A stretch of DNA of 64,000 nucleotides from a virus. Lineage: Duplodnaviria > Caudoviricetes. A program made the translations under genes and the position numbers. Numbering within the stretch: position 1 is the first letter of the stretch; every line of letters starts with the position of its first letter. The DNA lies in the IMG/VR virus record IMGVR_UViG_3300043395_004688, one strand, 5' to 3'. This document shows, piece by piece, positions 45,353 through 54,895 of this stretch. The notes beneath the pieces are model-generated. The model did not search any database. It worked only from the letters and a program-made list of their open reading frames with translations, and was not told where the DNA came from.

Positions 45353-46915
45353 ATGACAGCAAGTAAAAAATCCAAAGTAGATTTATGGGCAAAGAACGAA
45401 GATTATGCTGTGTTCTTGCCCAGCATTTCAACTTTCTATAATACCATCATTAGCAAAGAGCGCAATGAGCCTGGTGTAAGTGTTCCACCAGACCGTGTGC
45501 CTCAAGAGTTTGAAAATGGCATTGAAGGCATGAACTTCCTTAATAAGGATGCTGCCTACTACCATTATCCTTATGCTCTTTACTCTGCTGGTCATGCACA
45601 ACTTGATCTCAGTAAAACTGACACCGAAGAATCAATGATTCAAAAGCGCGATCGCAAGAATACTTTTATTCTTGGCGACAGCGGTGGATTTCAGATTGCC
45701 AAAGGTGTTATTAAGTTCGACTGGGAAAATTTCATGGAGAGACCCGGTGACCAAGGATACAAAGGATCTGCTGACAAGACTCGCGGCCAGATTCTCAACT
45801 GGCTTGAGCATACTGCTGATTATAGCATGGTTCTTGATATTCCTACTTGGGCGGCAAGACCTCCACTGAACGAGCGCACGGGCCTACAAAGCTTCCAACA
45901 ATGTTTGGATGGTACCTTGTACAACAATGCTTGGTTCTTGGCAAATCGTAAGCATCAAACTAAGTTTTTAAATGTCTTGCAGGGCAGTAACAATCAAGAA
46001 GCTGATATTTGGTATGATGCTGTCAAACACTTCCCCTTTGAAGGTTGGGCCATGGGTGGTAACAACATGCAGGATGCACATCTGCTGTTGAGGCGCCTGA
46101 TCCAAATGCGTGACGAGGGTATGTTGGCTCCGGGTCGTGATGTAATCCATGTGCTGGGTACCAGTCGACTAGAATTTGCTATCTTTTTAACTGCGGTTCA
46201 ACGAGCTCTGCGCGAACATGTTAATCCTAACATGATGGTTACTTTTGACTGCGCTAGCCCATTTGTAGCCGTAGCATATGGTCTAAGCTATACCCAACAT
46301 GTACACAGCAACGACCGTTTCACTTATGTGATGGAAAAGGCTGTTGATAATCGCGAACTCAGTGGCAGCAAAATTCCTTGGCCGTGGAACAGTCCAATCG
46401 GTGAAAGATTAACCATGGGCGATATTTGCTATTACAAGCCTGGTCAGGCTAATAAAACTGGCAAGGTATCAAGGACTAGTTGGGATACATTTAGTTACAG
46501 CCTAATTATGGCTCACAATGTCTACCAACACATTGAGTCGGTTCAACGAGCCAATGCCCTTGCAGATGTTGCACATAAGCTAACCAGACCTGATCCAAGA
46601 GAATGGAGGAAAGGACGGCAAAGAAGTCAAGAAGGTCAGCTTGACTTATGGGTGCCGCGTAATGTATTATACATTATGGAACTAGTAGACCAAGTGTTTA
46701 AAGTTGAAAACCCTTATGAGTTATTGAATCAGTGTAGCTCACTGCTCTCAGAATTTTCTGGCCGCAAGACTCGCAAGAGCGGAGCAGAAGCAGTACACGA
46801 CATCTTTACCACTGACGACGGATCAAGTGCAACAGAAATGGCTGAAGGTGGCGAGTTTGATGATCCTAATGATCCTAAGTTGATGGAACTTGAACAACTG
46901 GCTAAGGATGAATGA
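45353..46915 (+). CDS. dpdA: TGT-superfamily transglycosylase, phage DpdA/DpdA2-like
   Basis: ILGDSGGFQI, MVLDIP, LNVLQG, GWAMGG, IHVLG, TFDCASP; near folE and queE. Confidence 0.75.
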   Translation: MTASKKSKVDLWAKNEDYAVFLPSISTFYNTIISKERNEPGVSVPPDRVPQEFENGIEGMNFLNKDAAYYHYPYALYSAGHAQLDLSKTDTEESMIQKRDRKNTFILGDSGGFQIAKGVIKFDWENFMERPGDQGYKGSADKTRGQILNWLEHTADYSMVLDIPTWAARPPLNERTGLQSFQQCLDGTLYNNAWFLANRKHQTKFLNVLQGSNNQEADIWYDAVKHFPFEGWAMGGNNMQDAHLLLRRLIQMRDEGMLAPGRDVIHVLGTSRLEFAIFLTAVQRALREHVNPNMMVTFDCASPFVAVAYGLSYTQHVHSNDRFTYVMEKAVDNRELSGSKIPWPWNSPIGERLTMGDICYYKPGQANKTGKVSRTSWDTFSYSLIMAHNVYQHIESVQRANALADVAHKLTRPDPREWRKGRQRSQEGQLDLWVPRNVLYIMELVDQVFKVENPYELLNQCSSLLSEFSGRKTRKSGAEAVHDIFTTDDGSSATEMAEGGEFDDPNDPKLMELEQLAKDE

Positions 46916-46916
46916 G

Positions 46917-47438
46917 ATGAGTGGAATTGATCGTATCGCAAAGGATTTTTTTCTTGGCGTTGAGGTAGAAAATTCTCCTGCCAAGTCAATGCAAACCTTG
47001 TTTGTTGTTGGGCTTCAGTCTGCGGATCAAGTGCTTGGTCTTGCAATTGAACACTATTGTGAACATGTATACCTGGGTGCCAACATGAGTATGCATTATC
47101 TACAGTATACGGATCATGATGAATGGGAAAAGTGGGATCGGCTAATCGAAGCCTTGACACACAGCCCAATGATCAAGTATATTACAGTTGATATTACAAC
47201 TGATCAAGTTGAGGGGTTCGTCGAAAGCATGGCATCTGAAAGTAACAAGGTAATTCCAATGATTTCGGTGAAACTACCTTATGTAAAATTGCTTAACTAC
47301 AATACTACGATCAAGCTCGACGACAAGGGTTTTGATCAAACCAATCCAGGAGTATGGTGTCACTTGCTACATGATTTAATGGATCGAGAACATTTTACTC
47401 CATGGATAGCCTACAATGGCGACACTCCCGTAAATTAA
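46917..47438 (+). CDS. Hypothetical protein in the deazaguanine cluster
   Basis: ORF between the dpdA-like and dpdL-like genes; TLFVVG, HVYLGAN, NPGVWCH. Confidence 0.65.
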   Translation: MSGIDRIAKDFFLGVEVENSPAKSMQTLFVVGLQSADQVLGLAIEHYCEHVYLGANMSMHYLQYTDHDEWEKWDRLIEALTHSPMIKYITVDITTDQVEGFVESMASESNKVIPMISVKLPYVKLLNYNTTIKLDDKGFDQTNPGVWCHLLHDLMDREHFTPWIAYNGDTPVN

Positions 47439-47461
47439 ACTTAAACAAAGGAAAATAGAAA

Positions 47462-47668
47462 ATGAGTGAATCAGACGAAGTTAAGGTTGGTAGCTTTAAT
47501 AAGGTTCCAAAGCGTCCAATTCCAAATGGTGCTGCCAATGGTGCCGCACCTGTTGCCGAAGTCAGCAATGCTGATATTTCTGCAAAGCTGGATCAAATGA
47601 ACAAGCATCTTCAGGCTATTGACTGGAAGATGTGGGTTTATCTCAAGGCCAATAACTATATTGATTAA
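47462..47668 (+). CDS. Small hypothetical protein
   Basis: 68 aa; SD-like AAGGAAA. Confidence 0.6.
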   Translation: MSESDEVKVGSFNKVPKRPIPNGAANGAAPVAEVSNADISAKLDQMNKHLQAIDWKMWVYLKANNYID

Positions 47669-47676
47669 GGATTAAC

Positions 47677-48048
47677 ATGTCACAAGACATGATTTGGGTT
47701 ACCTTCCGTAAAGAAGGTATTCATAGGTATCCTGCCGCAGGGCAGGATCCAAAGCTCGCAAGCGGCGATGAGTATGATGTAAGTTTCTTGCAGTATCCGC
47801 ATCGTCATATCTTTCATTTCAAAGTTTATCTAGAGGTCTTCCATGACGACAGAGATGTAGAGTTTATTCAGTTTAAGCGTTGGCTAGAAAATTTGTACAG
47901 CCAAGGCACACTTGAATTGAATTACAAATCGTGTGAAATGATTGCTGATGATCTTCATAAGGAAATCTCAGCAAAATATACAAGTCGTAAAATTTGGATT
48001 GAAGTCTCGGAGGATGGCGAAAATGGATGCATCAAACAATACTCTTAA
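47677..48048 (+). CDS. T-fold QueD paralogue, DpdL-like (putative CDG decarboxylase)
   Basis: LQYPHRHIFHF matches LxxxHRHxF rather than the QueD CxxxHGH motif; C-terminal SCEMIA...EVSEDGENG. Confidence 0.65.
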   Translation: MSQDMIWVTFRKEGIHRYPAAGQDPKLASGDEYDVSFLQYPHRHIFHFKVYLEVFHDDRDVEFIQFKRWLENLYSQGTLELNYKSCEMIADDLHKEISAKYTSRKIWIEVSEDGENGCIKQYS

Positions 48049-48481
48049 TACTCGTGTTCGTTTTGATAGGAGAGAGCGTGTGAATACATATAATAACAAT
48101 CAACCCAAGCGGGCTGGTCTTAATCTTAATCATATTAAGTTTGATCTGCTTAAGATCAGTGAACTATATGATGGTGTTCTAACCGAAGACCTTGGTCATT
48201 TGCCTTTGAATCTTTATAATCAGTATCTTACTGATTTGGTTCGAGATCGCTATATTCATAGCTACAACATTGAGACGCCAGAAATGCGTACTCATGAAGC
48301 CACAGGAGATCGTAGTTTTACCTATACGATCAATGTTCAAAACTCACCTGAGCGGTCTAGCAAGGCCCTCAAGATTCATGTGGGCTTTTACAAGAGTGCT
48401 TGGGCGCCAACCACTCGTCATACTGCTGACGGTATGTGCTGTATGCCCGACCGCTTAGATCGAGAGGACACCAATGCGTAA
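48023..48481 (+). CDS. Hypothetical protein
   Basis: SD GGAGG 9 nt before the ATG at 48023. Confidence 0.6.
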   Translation: MDASNNTLNTRVRFDRRERVNTYNNNQPKRAGLNLNHIKFDLLKISELYDGVLTEDLGHLPLNLYNQYLTDLVRDRYIHSYNIETPEMRTHEATGDRSFTYTINVQNSPERSSKALKIHVGFYKSAWAPTTRHTADGMCCMPDRLDREDTNA

Positions 48482-49685
48482 ACTCTACTACATGGGATTA
48501 GAACCCTATGAGGGTAGATATACGCTACAACTACAGCAATGGAATGAAGCGGTGTTCAAGCGCCGCAACATTAACTATGTTGTTGTTCCAGGTAAGACCA
48601 TTGACAATACCCGAGCTATCAGTGTAGGTCAAGTGTTAGATGCACATGGCCGCAGTTACTTTGGTATGAGCCAAATGATGAACTTGGTTCAGTTGATGCG
48701 AAGCGGCGAAGTTACCGGCGAGGATGTCGTCTATTTTGAAGACATGTTTCAGCCCGGTATCGAATCGCTTCCATACATCATGGATCAGATTCCGGCCAAT
48801 CAACGACCAAGAGTTTTTGTGCGGTGTTTGGCACAGGCCATTGACCCCGATGACTTTGTTCATGTTTGGGGCATGAGCAAGTGGATGAGCTTGTACGAAC
48901 ACATGGTGAATGAGTTTGTTACTGGTGTACTTGCGACCAATGAGGAAATGGTAGCTCACATGCGTATTGCTAATTGGACTGCTCCAATCTACAATATCAG
49001 TGGACTAGCATTTGGTAAAGAAGAAGTAAGAGGTCGTGTTAATAATAAGATTAAATCTTGGCCTGAGAGAGCAAATCGTGTAGTCTTTGCCGCAAGATTT
49101 GATCAAGAAAAGCAGCCAGACTTCTTTATGGATGTCATTGAAGAATGGCATCGTCAGTGGCCTGGAATTCCAGTTGAGTTTGCAGTATTAAGCGGCGGGC
49201 CGTTGCGTAGCAACAATCCCAAGTATCTAGAGCGAGCCGCACAAATGGAGGCACTAGGTAAACTAAAAATTTACAAAGACCTTAAAAAGAATGATTACTA
49301 TAATTTGGTCAACGATAGCCGTGTGCTTTTTAATTGTGCTTTACAGGACTGGGTATCTAACACAGTTTCGGAAGCTGATGCTCTTGGTTGTAATGTGCTA
49401 TATCCTGCTTATCGCAGTTTCCCTGAAACCTTTGCCAACGATCACACTAGGTTGTATGTGCCCTGGAGCATCGATGACGCAGTGAACAAACTGCGAATCC
49501 AGCTAGCTGGCCCACATGTTAATCAAGGCAAGATCAGTGACTGGAATAATGGCACCATTGATCGCATCTTAGACATTATGGAAACTGCTGGTACTGTTGC
49601 CGAAGGCGGAATGGCTTGTAAAGCCACCCAATGGAATCGTTCTGGTAATCGATACAGAGACCATGTTGCTGGGGCCAAGTACTAA
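48474..49685 (+). CDS. GT-B glycosyltransferase (GT4/T4 alpha-glucosyltransferase-like)
   Basis: VVFAARFDQEKQPDFF, VLFNCALQDWVSNTVSEADALGCNVLYP; N-terminal GLE..R.T. Confidence 0.75.
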   Translation: MRKLYYMGLEPYEGRYTLQLQQWNEAVFKRRNINYVVVPGKTIDNTRAISVGQVLDAHGRSYFGMSQMMNLVQLMRSGEVTGEDVVYFEDMFQPGIESLPYIMDQIPANQRPRVFVRCLAQAIDPDDFVHVWGMSKWMSLYEHMVNEFVTGVLATNEEMVAHMRIANWTAPIYNISGLAFGKEEVRGRVNNKIKSWPERANRVVFAARFDQEKQPDFFMDVIEEWHRQWPGIPVEFAVLSGGPLRSNNPKYLERAAQMEALGKLKIYKDLKKNDYYNLVNDSRVLFNCALQDWVSNTVSEADALGCNVLYPAYRSFPETFANDHTRLYVPWSIDDAVNKLRIQLAGPHVNQGKISDWNNGTIDRILDIMETAGTVAEGGMACKATQWNRSGNRYRDHVAGAKY

Positions 49686-50678
49686 ATGGACAAGTGGGTT
49701 GCTGTTACAGGGGCCTGTGGCTACATTGGTGGGCAAACAGTCTTAAAGTTCAAAGACAAGGGCTATAAAGTACTGGGCGTAGACCGTGCCGCAACTGCGC
49801 CATGGATTCGTCAAGCCTGTGATGCATTTGTCGAGGGTGATTTTACCAACCTTATGTTTATTCTCAATGTTGTTAATAACAATGTTGAGGCAATCATACA
49901 TTGTGCTGGGACTAGTCTAGTTGGTCCCAGCGTTCTAAGTCCTGGTCAGTACTATGTCAACAATGTTGGCAATACCGCCAAGCTCTTGGCCATTTTAAAA
50001 GAAAATAAATGGCAAGGTACTTTTGTATTTTCAAGTAGCGCGGCTGTCTATGGCAATCCCGTAGAGTTTCCATTAACTGAAAATTCGTTAAAGGTACCAG
50101 TTAGTCCCTATGGTCATAGCAAGCTTATGACTGAGCAAGCTATAAAGGACTGCGCCTTTGCATATAACCTAAAGGCCATTTCGCTGAGATACTTTAATGC
50201 CTGTGGAGCCGATCTCAAAGGACGACACGGACAATTAAAAAATGCCACGCATCTAATTGCAAGAATCATGGAGAGTGTACTCAATAAGAGTGTGTTTACT
50301 TTAAATGGTACCAACTACGATACACCAGATGGTACTTGTGTTCGTGACTACTTACATGTTGATGATATTGCCAACGCACATTACCTCTCTGTACAATACG
50401 CACAGACTATGGAAACTGGTAGTAGCCAAGAATTTAACCTAGGCACTGGCACTGGTATCAGCATCAACGAAATCATAGCCAGTGTTGAAAGAAATATTCC
50501 ATACAAGGTTCTAGTACATAAAGGACCGCGTCGTGAAGGCGATCCTGCTAAATTAGTTGCTAGTTCCAGTAAAATTGTCAAGCACATGGGTTGGAAACCT
50601 GAAAACAGCAGCATCGATAACATTGTTCGATCTGCTTGGGCTTGGTATAACTCGACTGAATTTAAAAATAGAGCATGA
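49686..50678 (+). CDS. galE: UDP-glucose 4-epimerase
   Basis: TGACGYIG, FSSSAAVYG, YGHSK, LRYFNACG, DGTCVRDYLHV. Confidence 0.9.
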   Translation: MDKWVAVTGACGYIGGQTVLKFKDKGYKVLGVDRAATAPWIRQACDAFVEGDFTNLMFILNVVNNNVEAIIHCAGTSLVGPSVLSPGQYYVNNVGNTAKLLAILKENKWQGTFVFSSSAAVYGNPVEFPLTENSLKVPVSPYGHSKLMTEQAIKDCAFAYNLKAISLRYFNACGADLKGRHGQLKNATHLIARIMESVLNKSVFTLNGTNYDTPDGTCVRDYLHVDDIANAHYLSVQYAQTMETGSSQEFNLGTGTGISINEIIASVERNIPYKVLVHKGPRREGDPAKLVASSSKIVKHMGWKPENSSIDNIVRSAWAWYNSTEFKNRA

Positions 50679-51013
50679 AACTAAATCAACATGACATTGG
50701 CGGTGAAGTTGTTAAGAGCAACGAGACCTATGTGCTCAAAGACAATCGCACTTTAAAAAATCTAGTATTGAGTAGCACTCTTCTATATCGAGGACAGCAG
50801 ACTCGCGGACACCGACACAGCGGCCAAGAAGAAGTGTACTTCTTTGTCCAAGGCAACGGTAAAATGATTGTCGGTGACGAAACCAGTGAACCCTTTATCG
50901 TCAATGCAGGAGATGTTGTACTAATTCCAGATGGTGCTTTTCATCGCGTAATTAACGATGGTGAAATGCACATGATGTTTAATTGTGTCTTTGACGGAAA
51001 GCGTAATCACTAA
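50675..51013 (+). CDS. Cupin-domain protein
   Basis: GHRHSGQEEVYFFVQG...IPDGAFHRVIN. Confidence 0.85.
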   Translation: MKLNQHDIGGEVVKSNETYVLKDNRTLKNLVLSSTLLYRGQQTRGHRHSGQEEVYFFVQGNGKMIVGDETSEPFIVNAGDVVLIPDGAFHRVINDGEMHMMFNCVFDGKRNH

Positions 51014-51453
51014 TGAAAGTAGGTTTTACTTGTTCAACCTTTGACCTCTTACATGCAGGTCATGTAGCAATGTTACAAGAAGCAAAAACTCAATGCGACT
51101 ATTTGATTGTAGGTCTACAAAACGACCCAACCCTTGATCGCCCTAGCAAAAATAAGCCTGTACAAAGCATTGTTGAACGGCAGATGCAGTTGCGAGGAAG
51201 TAAATATGTTGATGAGGTTTGGATCTATAACACAGAAAAAGACCTCGAAGATTTACTTTTAACCTTACCACTTAATGTGCGTATCTTGGGCGTTGAGTAT
51301 GAGGGTAAAGAATTTACCGGACGAGAAATTTGTCATAAACGAAATATTGACTTGTATTTTAACAAACGCGATCACAGCTTTAGTTCAAGCAGTCTAAGAA
51401 GGCGAGTGTATGAAGCTGAAGTTGCCAAGGAATGGATAAATGAAAATCAGTGA
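51013..51453 (+). CDS. Cytidylyltransferase (TagD-like)
   Basis: TFDLLHAGH, RDHSFSSSSLR. Confidence 0.85.
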   Translation: MKVGFTCSTFDLLHAGHVAMLQEAKTQCDYLIVGLQNDPTLDRPSKNKPVQSIVERQMQLRGSKYVDEVWIYNTEKDLEDLLLTLPLNVRILGVEYEGKEFTGREICHKRNIDLYFNKRDHSFSSSSLRRRVYEAEVAKEWINENQ

Positions 51454-51871
51454 TTTAAAAGAAAATGTAAATGATGCATGGTTTGAAACTGGCAGCTTCA
51501 AGACTTTTAAAAAGCCTGCACAAGAAAAATATGAAGTTGCACAACAGGCAGGAACTGTTGACACTTTAGAAGGACCTGTTCGCTATGAAGCTGGTCATTA
51601 TATTATGACTGGTCCCAAGGGAGAAAAATATCCTATTACTCCTGAAAAGTTTGCAGATCTCAAAGATGATTTTGGAAATGGCATTGCTAGCCCCAAGAAG
51701 ATAATGAAGGTAGCCAAGCTTGCTGACCATGATGGTGTGTTGCACACCTCCTGGGGCGACTTGAATTACACCGCTGGCAATGACTATATTGTTCGTCATG
51801 GTCCAAACGACTACGGCGCCGTGAAGAAAGATATCTTCATGCAAACCTATGATACTTCAGGAATTAACTAA
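51440..51871 (+). CDS. Hypothetical protein with internal duplication and CTS-like leader
   Basis: MKISDLKE leader; TLEG..RYEAGHYIMTGPKGEKYPI and TSWG..NYTAGNDYIVRHGPNDYG repeats. Confidence 0.65.
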   Translation: MKISDLKENVNDAWFETGSFKTFKKPAQEKYEVAQQAGTVDTLEGPVRYEAGHYIMTGPKGEKYPITPEKFADLKDDFGNGIASPKKIMKVAKLADHDGVLHTSWGDLNYTAGNDYIVRHGPNDYGAVKKDIFMQTYDTSGIN

Positions 51872-52119
51872 TGGAAGTTGTAATTTACAGCAAGGACAAT
51901 TGTCCATACTGCGATATGGCCAAGAACTGGTTCAAACGAAAGAACCTTACTTTTACTGAACACAAAATTGGAACCAATGGTTTTACTAGAGAAATGCTAT
52001 TAGAAGCTGTACCAACGGCAAGAACCGTTCCTCAAATCATCGTTGATGGTGAATTAATTGGTGGCTGGACTGATTTGTGTCAAAGCAAGTTGTATGCCCA
52101 GTACAGTAATTCAAACTGA
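51871..52119 (+). CDS. Glutaredoxin
   Basis: CPYC, TVPQI, IGG. Confidence 0.92.
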   Translation: MEVVIYSKDNCPYCDMAKNWFKRKNLTFTEHKIGTNGFTREMLLEAVPTARTVPQIIVDGELIGGWTDLCQSKLYAQYSNSN

Positions 52120-52384
52120 GTATCGGTTAAAAACAGTACTGCCCTTGGAACAAGTGCCTGACCTAAGAAGTTGGCTACAAAATAACCTCGGGCATTCCTC
52201 AACAGCATGGAAGATTGAAACGCACAGTGGATCTTTTTTTAACTGGCGAGGAATTGCAGGTGCTGTTAAATCTAAAAATCCCGAAACTAAATTGCCAGTT
52301 ACTGTAATTGTAACGGTATATGAATTTAAACATTTGCTGATCTTTGCTAAGTCCTGGGAAACCGAGCTATTGCTAGAAGAGTAA
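52094..52384 (+). CDS. Hypothetical protein, distant member of the 38-41 kb family
   Basis: SWLQNN...VTVYEFKHLLIFAKSW. Confidence 0.55.
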   Translation: MPSTVIQTEYRLKTVLPLEQVPDLRSWLQNNLGHSSTAWKIETHSGSFFNWRGIAGAVKSKNPETKLPVTVIVTVYEFKHLLIFAKSWETELLLEE

Positions 52385-52402
52385 GATTTTGCTATAATAT
52401 AG

Positions 52403-52410
52403 TATAAATA
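52403..52410 (+). promoter_or_regulatory. T4-late-type promoter (exact consensus)
   Basis: TATAAATA upstream of folE. Confidence 0.6.
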
Positions 52411-52468
52411 ACTGTGCTACACAAAGGTAGCAACATTTCAAAATTAATCCGCGTAAGGAAGGAACCCT

Positions 52469-53152
52469 ATGTCATATAACAAAACAAAAACCGATCCCGC
52501 CTTGGGACAACTTGTACACGAGCACTTGGTCAAGTGTGGTGTAGAAACTCCAGTAAATCAGAACAGCCTAGACCGTAAAGAAAAGATTGATCTCATTGAG
52601 AGCCACTTTACCAAGATCATGCAGACTCTTGGATTAGATCTCAGCGATGACAGCCTCATCGAAACACCCAAGCGTGTGGCCAAGATGTATGTCAACGAAA
52701 TCTTCTGGGGCCTTGACTATGATGCATTTCCTAAATGCACCACAGTTGACAACAAGATGAAATACGACGAAATGGTTGTCGAGCGTAATGTCAATGTACA
52801 AAGCAACTGCGAACATCACTTTGTGGTAATTGATGGTGTGGCCACTGTTGCTTACATTCCCAAGCAAAAGGTTCTAGGACTTAGCAAGATCAACCGCGTA
52901 GTTGAATACTTTGCCAAGCGTCCACAGATCCAAGAACGCCTCACCGAGCAGGTCTATCACGCACTACAATACATTTTAGAAACCGACGACATTGCCGTAG
53001 TCGTAGATGCCCAGCATTACTGCGTTAAGAGTCGCGGTGTCGAAGATGTTGGTTCATCTACAGTAACCAGCAAACTTGGTGGTGTGTTTAAGTCTGATCC
53101 AAGCGTTCGCTTAGAGTTTATGAACATCGTTAATAACTGTAAAAGAGGGTAA
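52469..53152 (+). CDS. folE: GTP cyclohydrolase I
   Basis: ETPKRVAKM, SNCEHH, GLSKINR, RPQIQERL, HYCVKSRG. Confidence 0.96.
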   Translation: MSYNKTKTDPALGQLVHEHLVKCGVETPVNQNSLDRKEKIDLIESHFTKIMQTLGLDLSDDSLIETPKRVAKMYVNEIFWGLDYDAFPKCTTVDNKMKYDEMVVERNVNVQSNCEHHFVVIDGVATVAYIPKQKVLGLSKINRVVEYFAKRPQIQERLTEQVYHALQYILETDDIAVVVDAQHYCVKSRGVEDVGSSTVTSKLGGVFKSDPSVRLEFMNIVNNCKRG

Positions 53153-53153
53153 A

Positions 53154-53669
53154 GTGAGTGACAAGAAAGATCAAAGTTATAACACCGATGACATAAACAT
53201 TGGTTGGGAATCGCCTTGCCCGTCTCAAGACTATATTGTTCAAGGCGACTACTGCAATATGGGCATGCCAAGTGCCTCTGTTACTGCAACCACTACTAGC
53301 CTTGACATATCAAACATGGGCGCCGCAGGGTCTGTTTATGCCATAGACACTACCGACACCATTGACCTTAGCAGTATCACCATTGGCAGCGGCGGTAATA
53401 CTACTATCAACAGTAATCCTTATACATTTTCAACTTGGGAAACTAAAAACACTTTGAATGGTGTTGAGGAAATACACACCAAGTCCGGTAAGAAGATTGA
53501 TGTTGATGAACTGGCTGAAGTTGTTGAAACTATCAAAAAGCGGTTGCTGATACTAACACCAAACTTTGAAATGCATGAAAAATATCCAATGCTCAAAGAA
53601 CTCTATGAAGAATACAAGGCATTGGAAAAGCTTTTAGGCGGTCCAGACAACGAGGAAAATAATGGTTAA
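53154..53669 (+). CDS. Hypothetical protein
   Basis: GTG start; Thr/Ser-rich N-terminal half, helical C-terminus. Confidence 0.6.
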   Translation: MSDKKDQSYNTDDINIGWESPCPSQDYIVQGDYCNMGMPSASVTATTTSLDISNMGAAGSVYAIDTTDTIDLSSITIGSGGNTTINSNPYTFSTWETKNTLNGVEEIHTKSGKKIDVDELAEVVETIKKRLLILTPNFEMHEKYPMLKELYEEYKALEKLLGGPDNEENNG

Positions 53670-54162
53670 ACAATCACTGTCTTGGAATGAAGTTACCTGT
53701 TTGGTTAATGATTTAGCTAGACAGGTTTCTTTATCAAACTGGAAACCTGATTACATTGTAGGACTGGTTCGTGGTGGATGTGTTCCTGCTGTTATGCTCA
53801 GTCACTACCTTAATGTTCCTTGCGAATCATTGAAGGTAAGTCTGCGCGATGGAGGCAGTTGCGAAAGCAACCTATGGATGGCTGAAGATGCATACGAGGG
53901 GAAAAATATCTTGGTAGTTGACGATATCAATGATTCGGGTGCTACCATTAACTGGATCAAGCAAGATTGGCCCAGTGGTTGTTTTCCAGATGATGAAAAG
54001 TGGATCAATGTTTGGGAAAACAATGTGAAATTTGCTGTATTGGTTGACAACTCTGCCAGCGAAGCGTATAGTAACTTCTGCGGCATGACTGTTAACAAGG
54101 CCGAAAATGATGTTTGGATTGATTTTCCTTGGGAATCTTTTTGGAATAGGAACACACAATGA
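53662..54162 (+). CDS. Type I phosphoribosyltransferase (XGPRT-like)
   Basis: VGLVRGG, ILVVDDINDSGAT PRPP-binding loop, WIDFPWE. Confidence 0.9.
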   Translation: MVKQSLSWNEVTCLVNDLARQVSLSNWKPDYIVGLVRGGCVPAVMLSHYLNVPCESLKVSLRDGGSCESNLWMAEDAYEGKNILVVDDINDSGATINWIKQDWPSGCFPDDEKWINVWENNVKFAVLVDNSASEAYSNFCGMTVNKAENDVWIDFPWESFWNRNTQ

Positions 54163-54569
54163 AAGTAGGATTTAGTCTGGGTCGGTGTGTGCGAGATATT
54201 GTCAAAGGTCTAGTTGACATTGAAGATGTAGTTGTTGTCATTGCAGGTACTCGTATTGAGACCCAGGAGCAACTGGCCAGAGTGATTACCGAATATATGT
54301 ATCGACACGACTACCTTGCCGGACTTGATGAAGCCCAGTGTCAAGGAGTTGCTAGTGTGCTTTGGACTGAAGGTAAGGTTCATCAATCGCGACTAAGTGG
54401 ACATTATGCTAGACGCATTAACGAAGAAAGTGTTTGGGCGGATCTTGTGCCAACAGGAGGATTCAATAATCCCATGGTACAGGATGCATGGAACGAATAT
54501 CGAGGAACTCTTTCCATCACAGAAAGTGCGCCCGAAAAAGAAGATGTTGCCAATAATTGGAGATTATAA
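54159..54569 (+). CDS. Hypothetical protein
   Basis: 136 aa; overlapping start and stop. Confidence 0.65.
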   Translation: MKVGFSLGRCVRDIVKGLVDIEDVVVVIAGTRIETQEQLARVITEYMYRHDYLAGLDEAQCQGVASVLWTEGKVHQSRLSGHYARRINEESVWADLVPTGGFNNPMVQDAWNEYRGTLSITESAPEKEDVANNWRL

Positions 54570-54895
54570 TGACCTATGTTGTAACCGAGTCATGTATTAA
54601 ATGCAAGTTTACAGATTGTGTAGAAGTATGTCCTGTTGACTGTTTTTATGAAGGACCAAATTTTTTAGTTATCAATCCCGACGAGTGTATTGATTGCGGA
54701 GTGTGTGTTCCGGAATGCCCTGTTGAAGCTATTGTTGCTGATAACGACATCAGTGAAGAACAGAAGCCTTTCATTGAAATCAACAAGCGGCTGAGCTATG
54801 TTGGTTGGCCGGTTATTACCAAGCGCAAGGAAGCGTTGCCTAGTGCCGACGAGTTTAAAGACATCAAGAGCAAAAGGCACTTGCTCGAGGAATGA
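54569..54895 (+). CDS. fdxA: 7Fe ferredoxin (FdxA-type)
   Basis: [41 protein letters not shown]. Confidence 0.93.
   Translation: MTYVVTESCIKCKFTDCVEVCPVDCFYEGPNFLVINPDECIDCGVCVPECPVEAIVADNDISEEQKPFIEINKRLSYVGWPVITKRKEALPSADEFKDIKSKRHLLEE

Noticed and set aside
45353-46915. Canonical tRNA-guanine transglycosylase (tgt)
   Set aside because: It is longer and divergent, lacks the C-terminal CxCxxC zinc site, and sits beside replication genes, which fits DNA-acting DpdA better
47677-48048. Canonical QueD
   Set aside because: The catalytic CxxxHGH motif is replaced by LxxxHRHxF
52411-52440. preQ1-I riboswitch suggested by GCTACAC
   Set aside because: The flanking stem and A-rich 3' tail of that class are missing; probably coincidence
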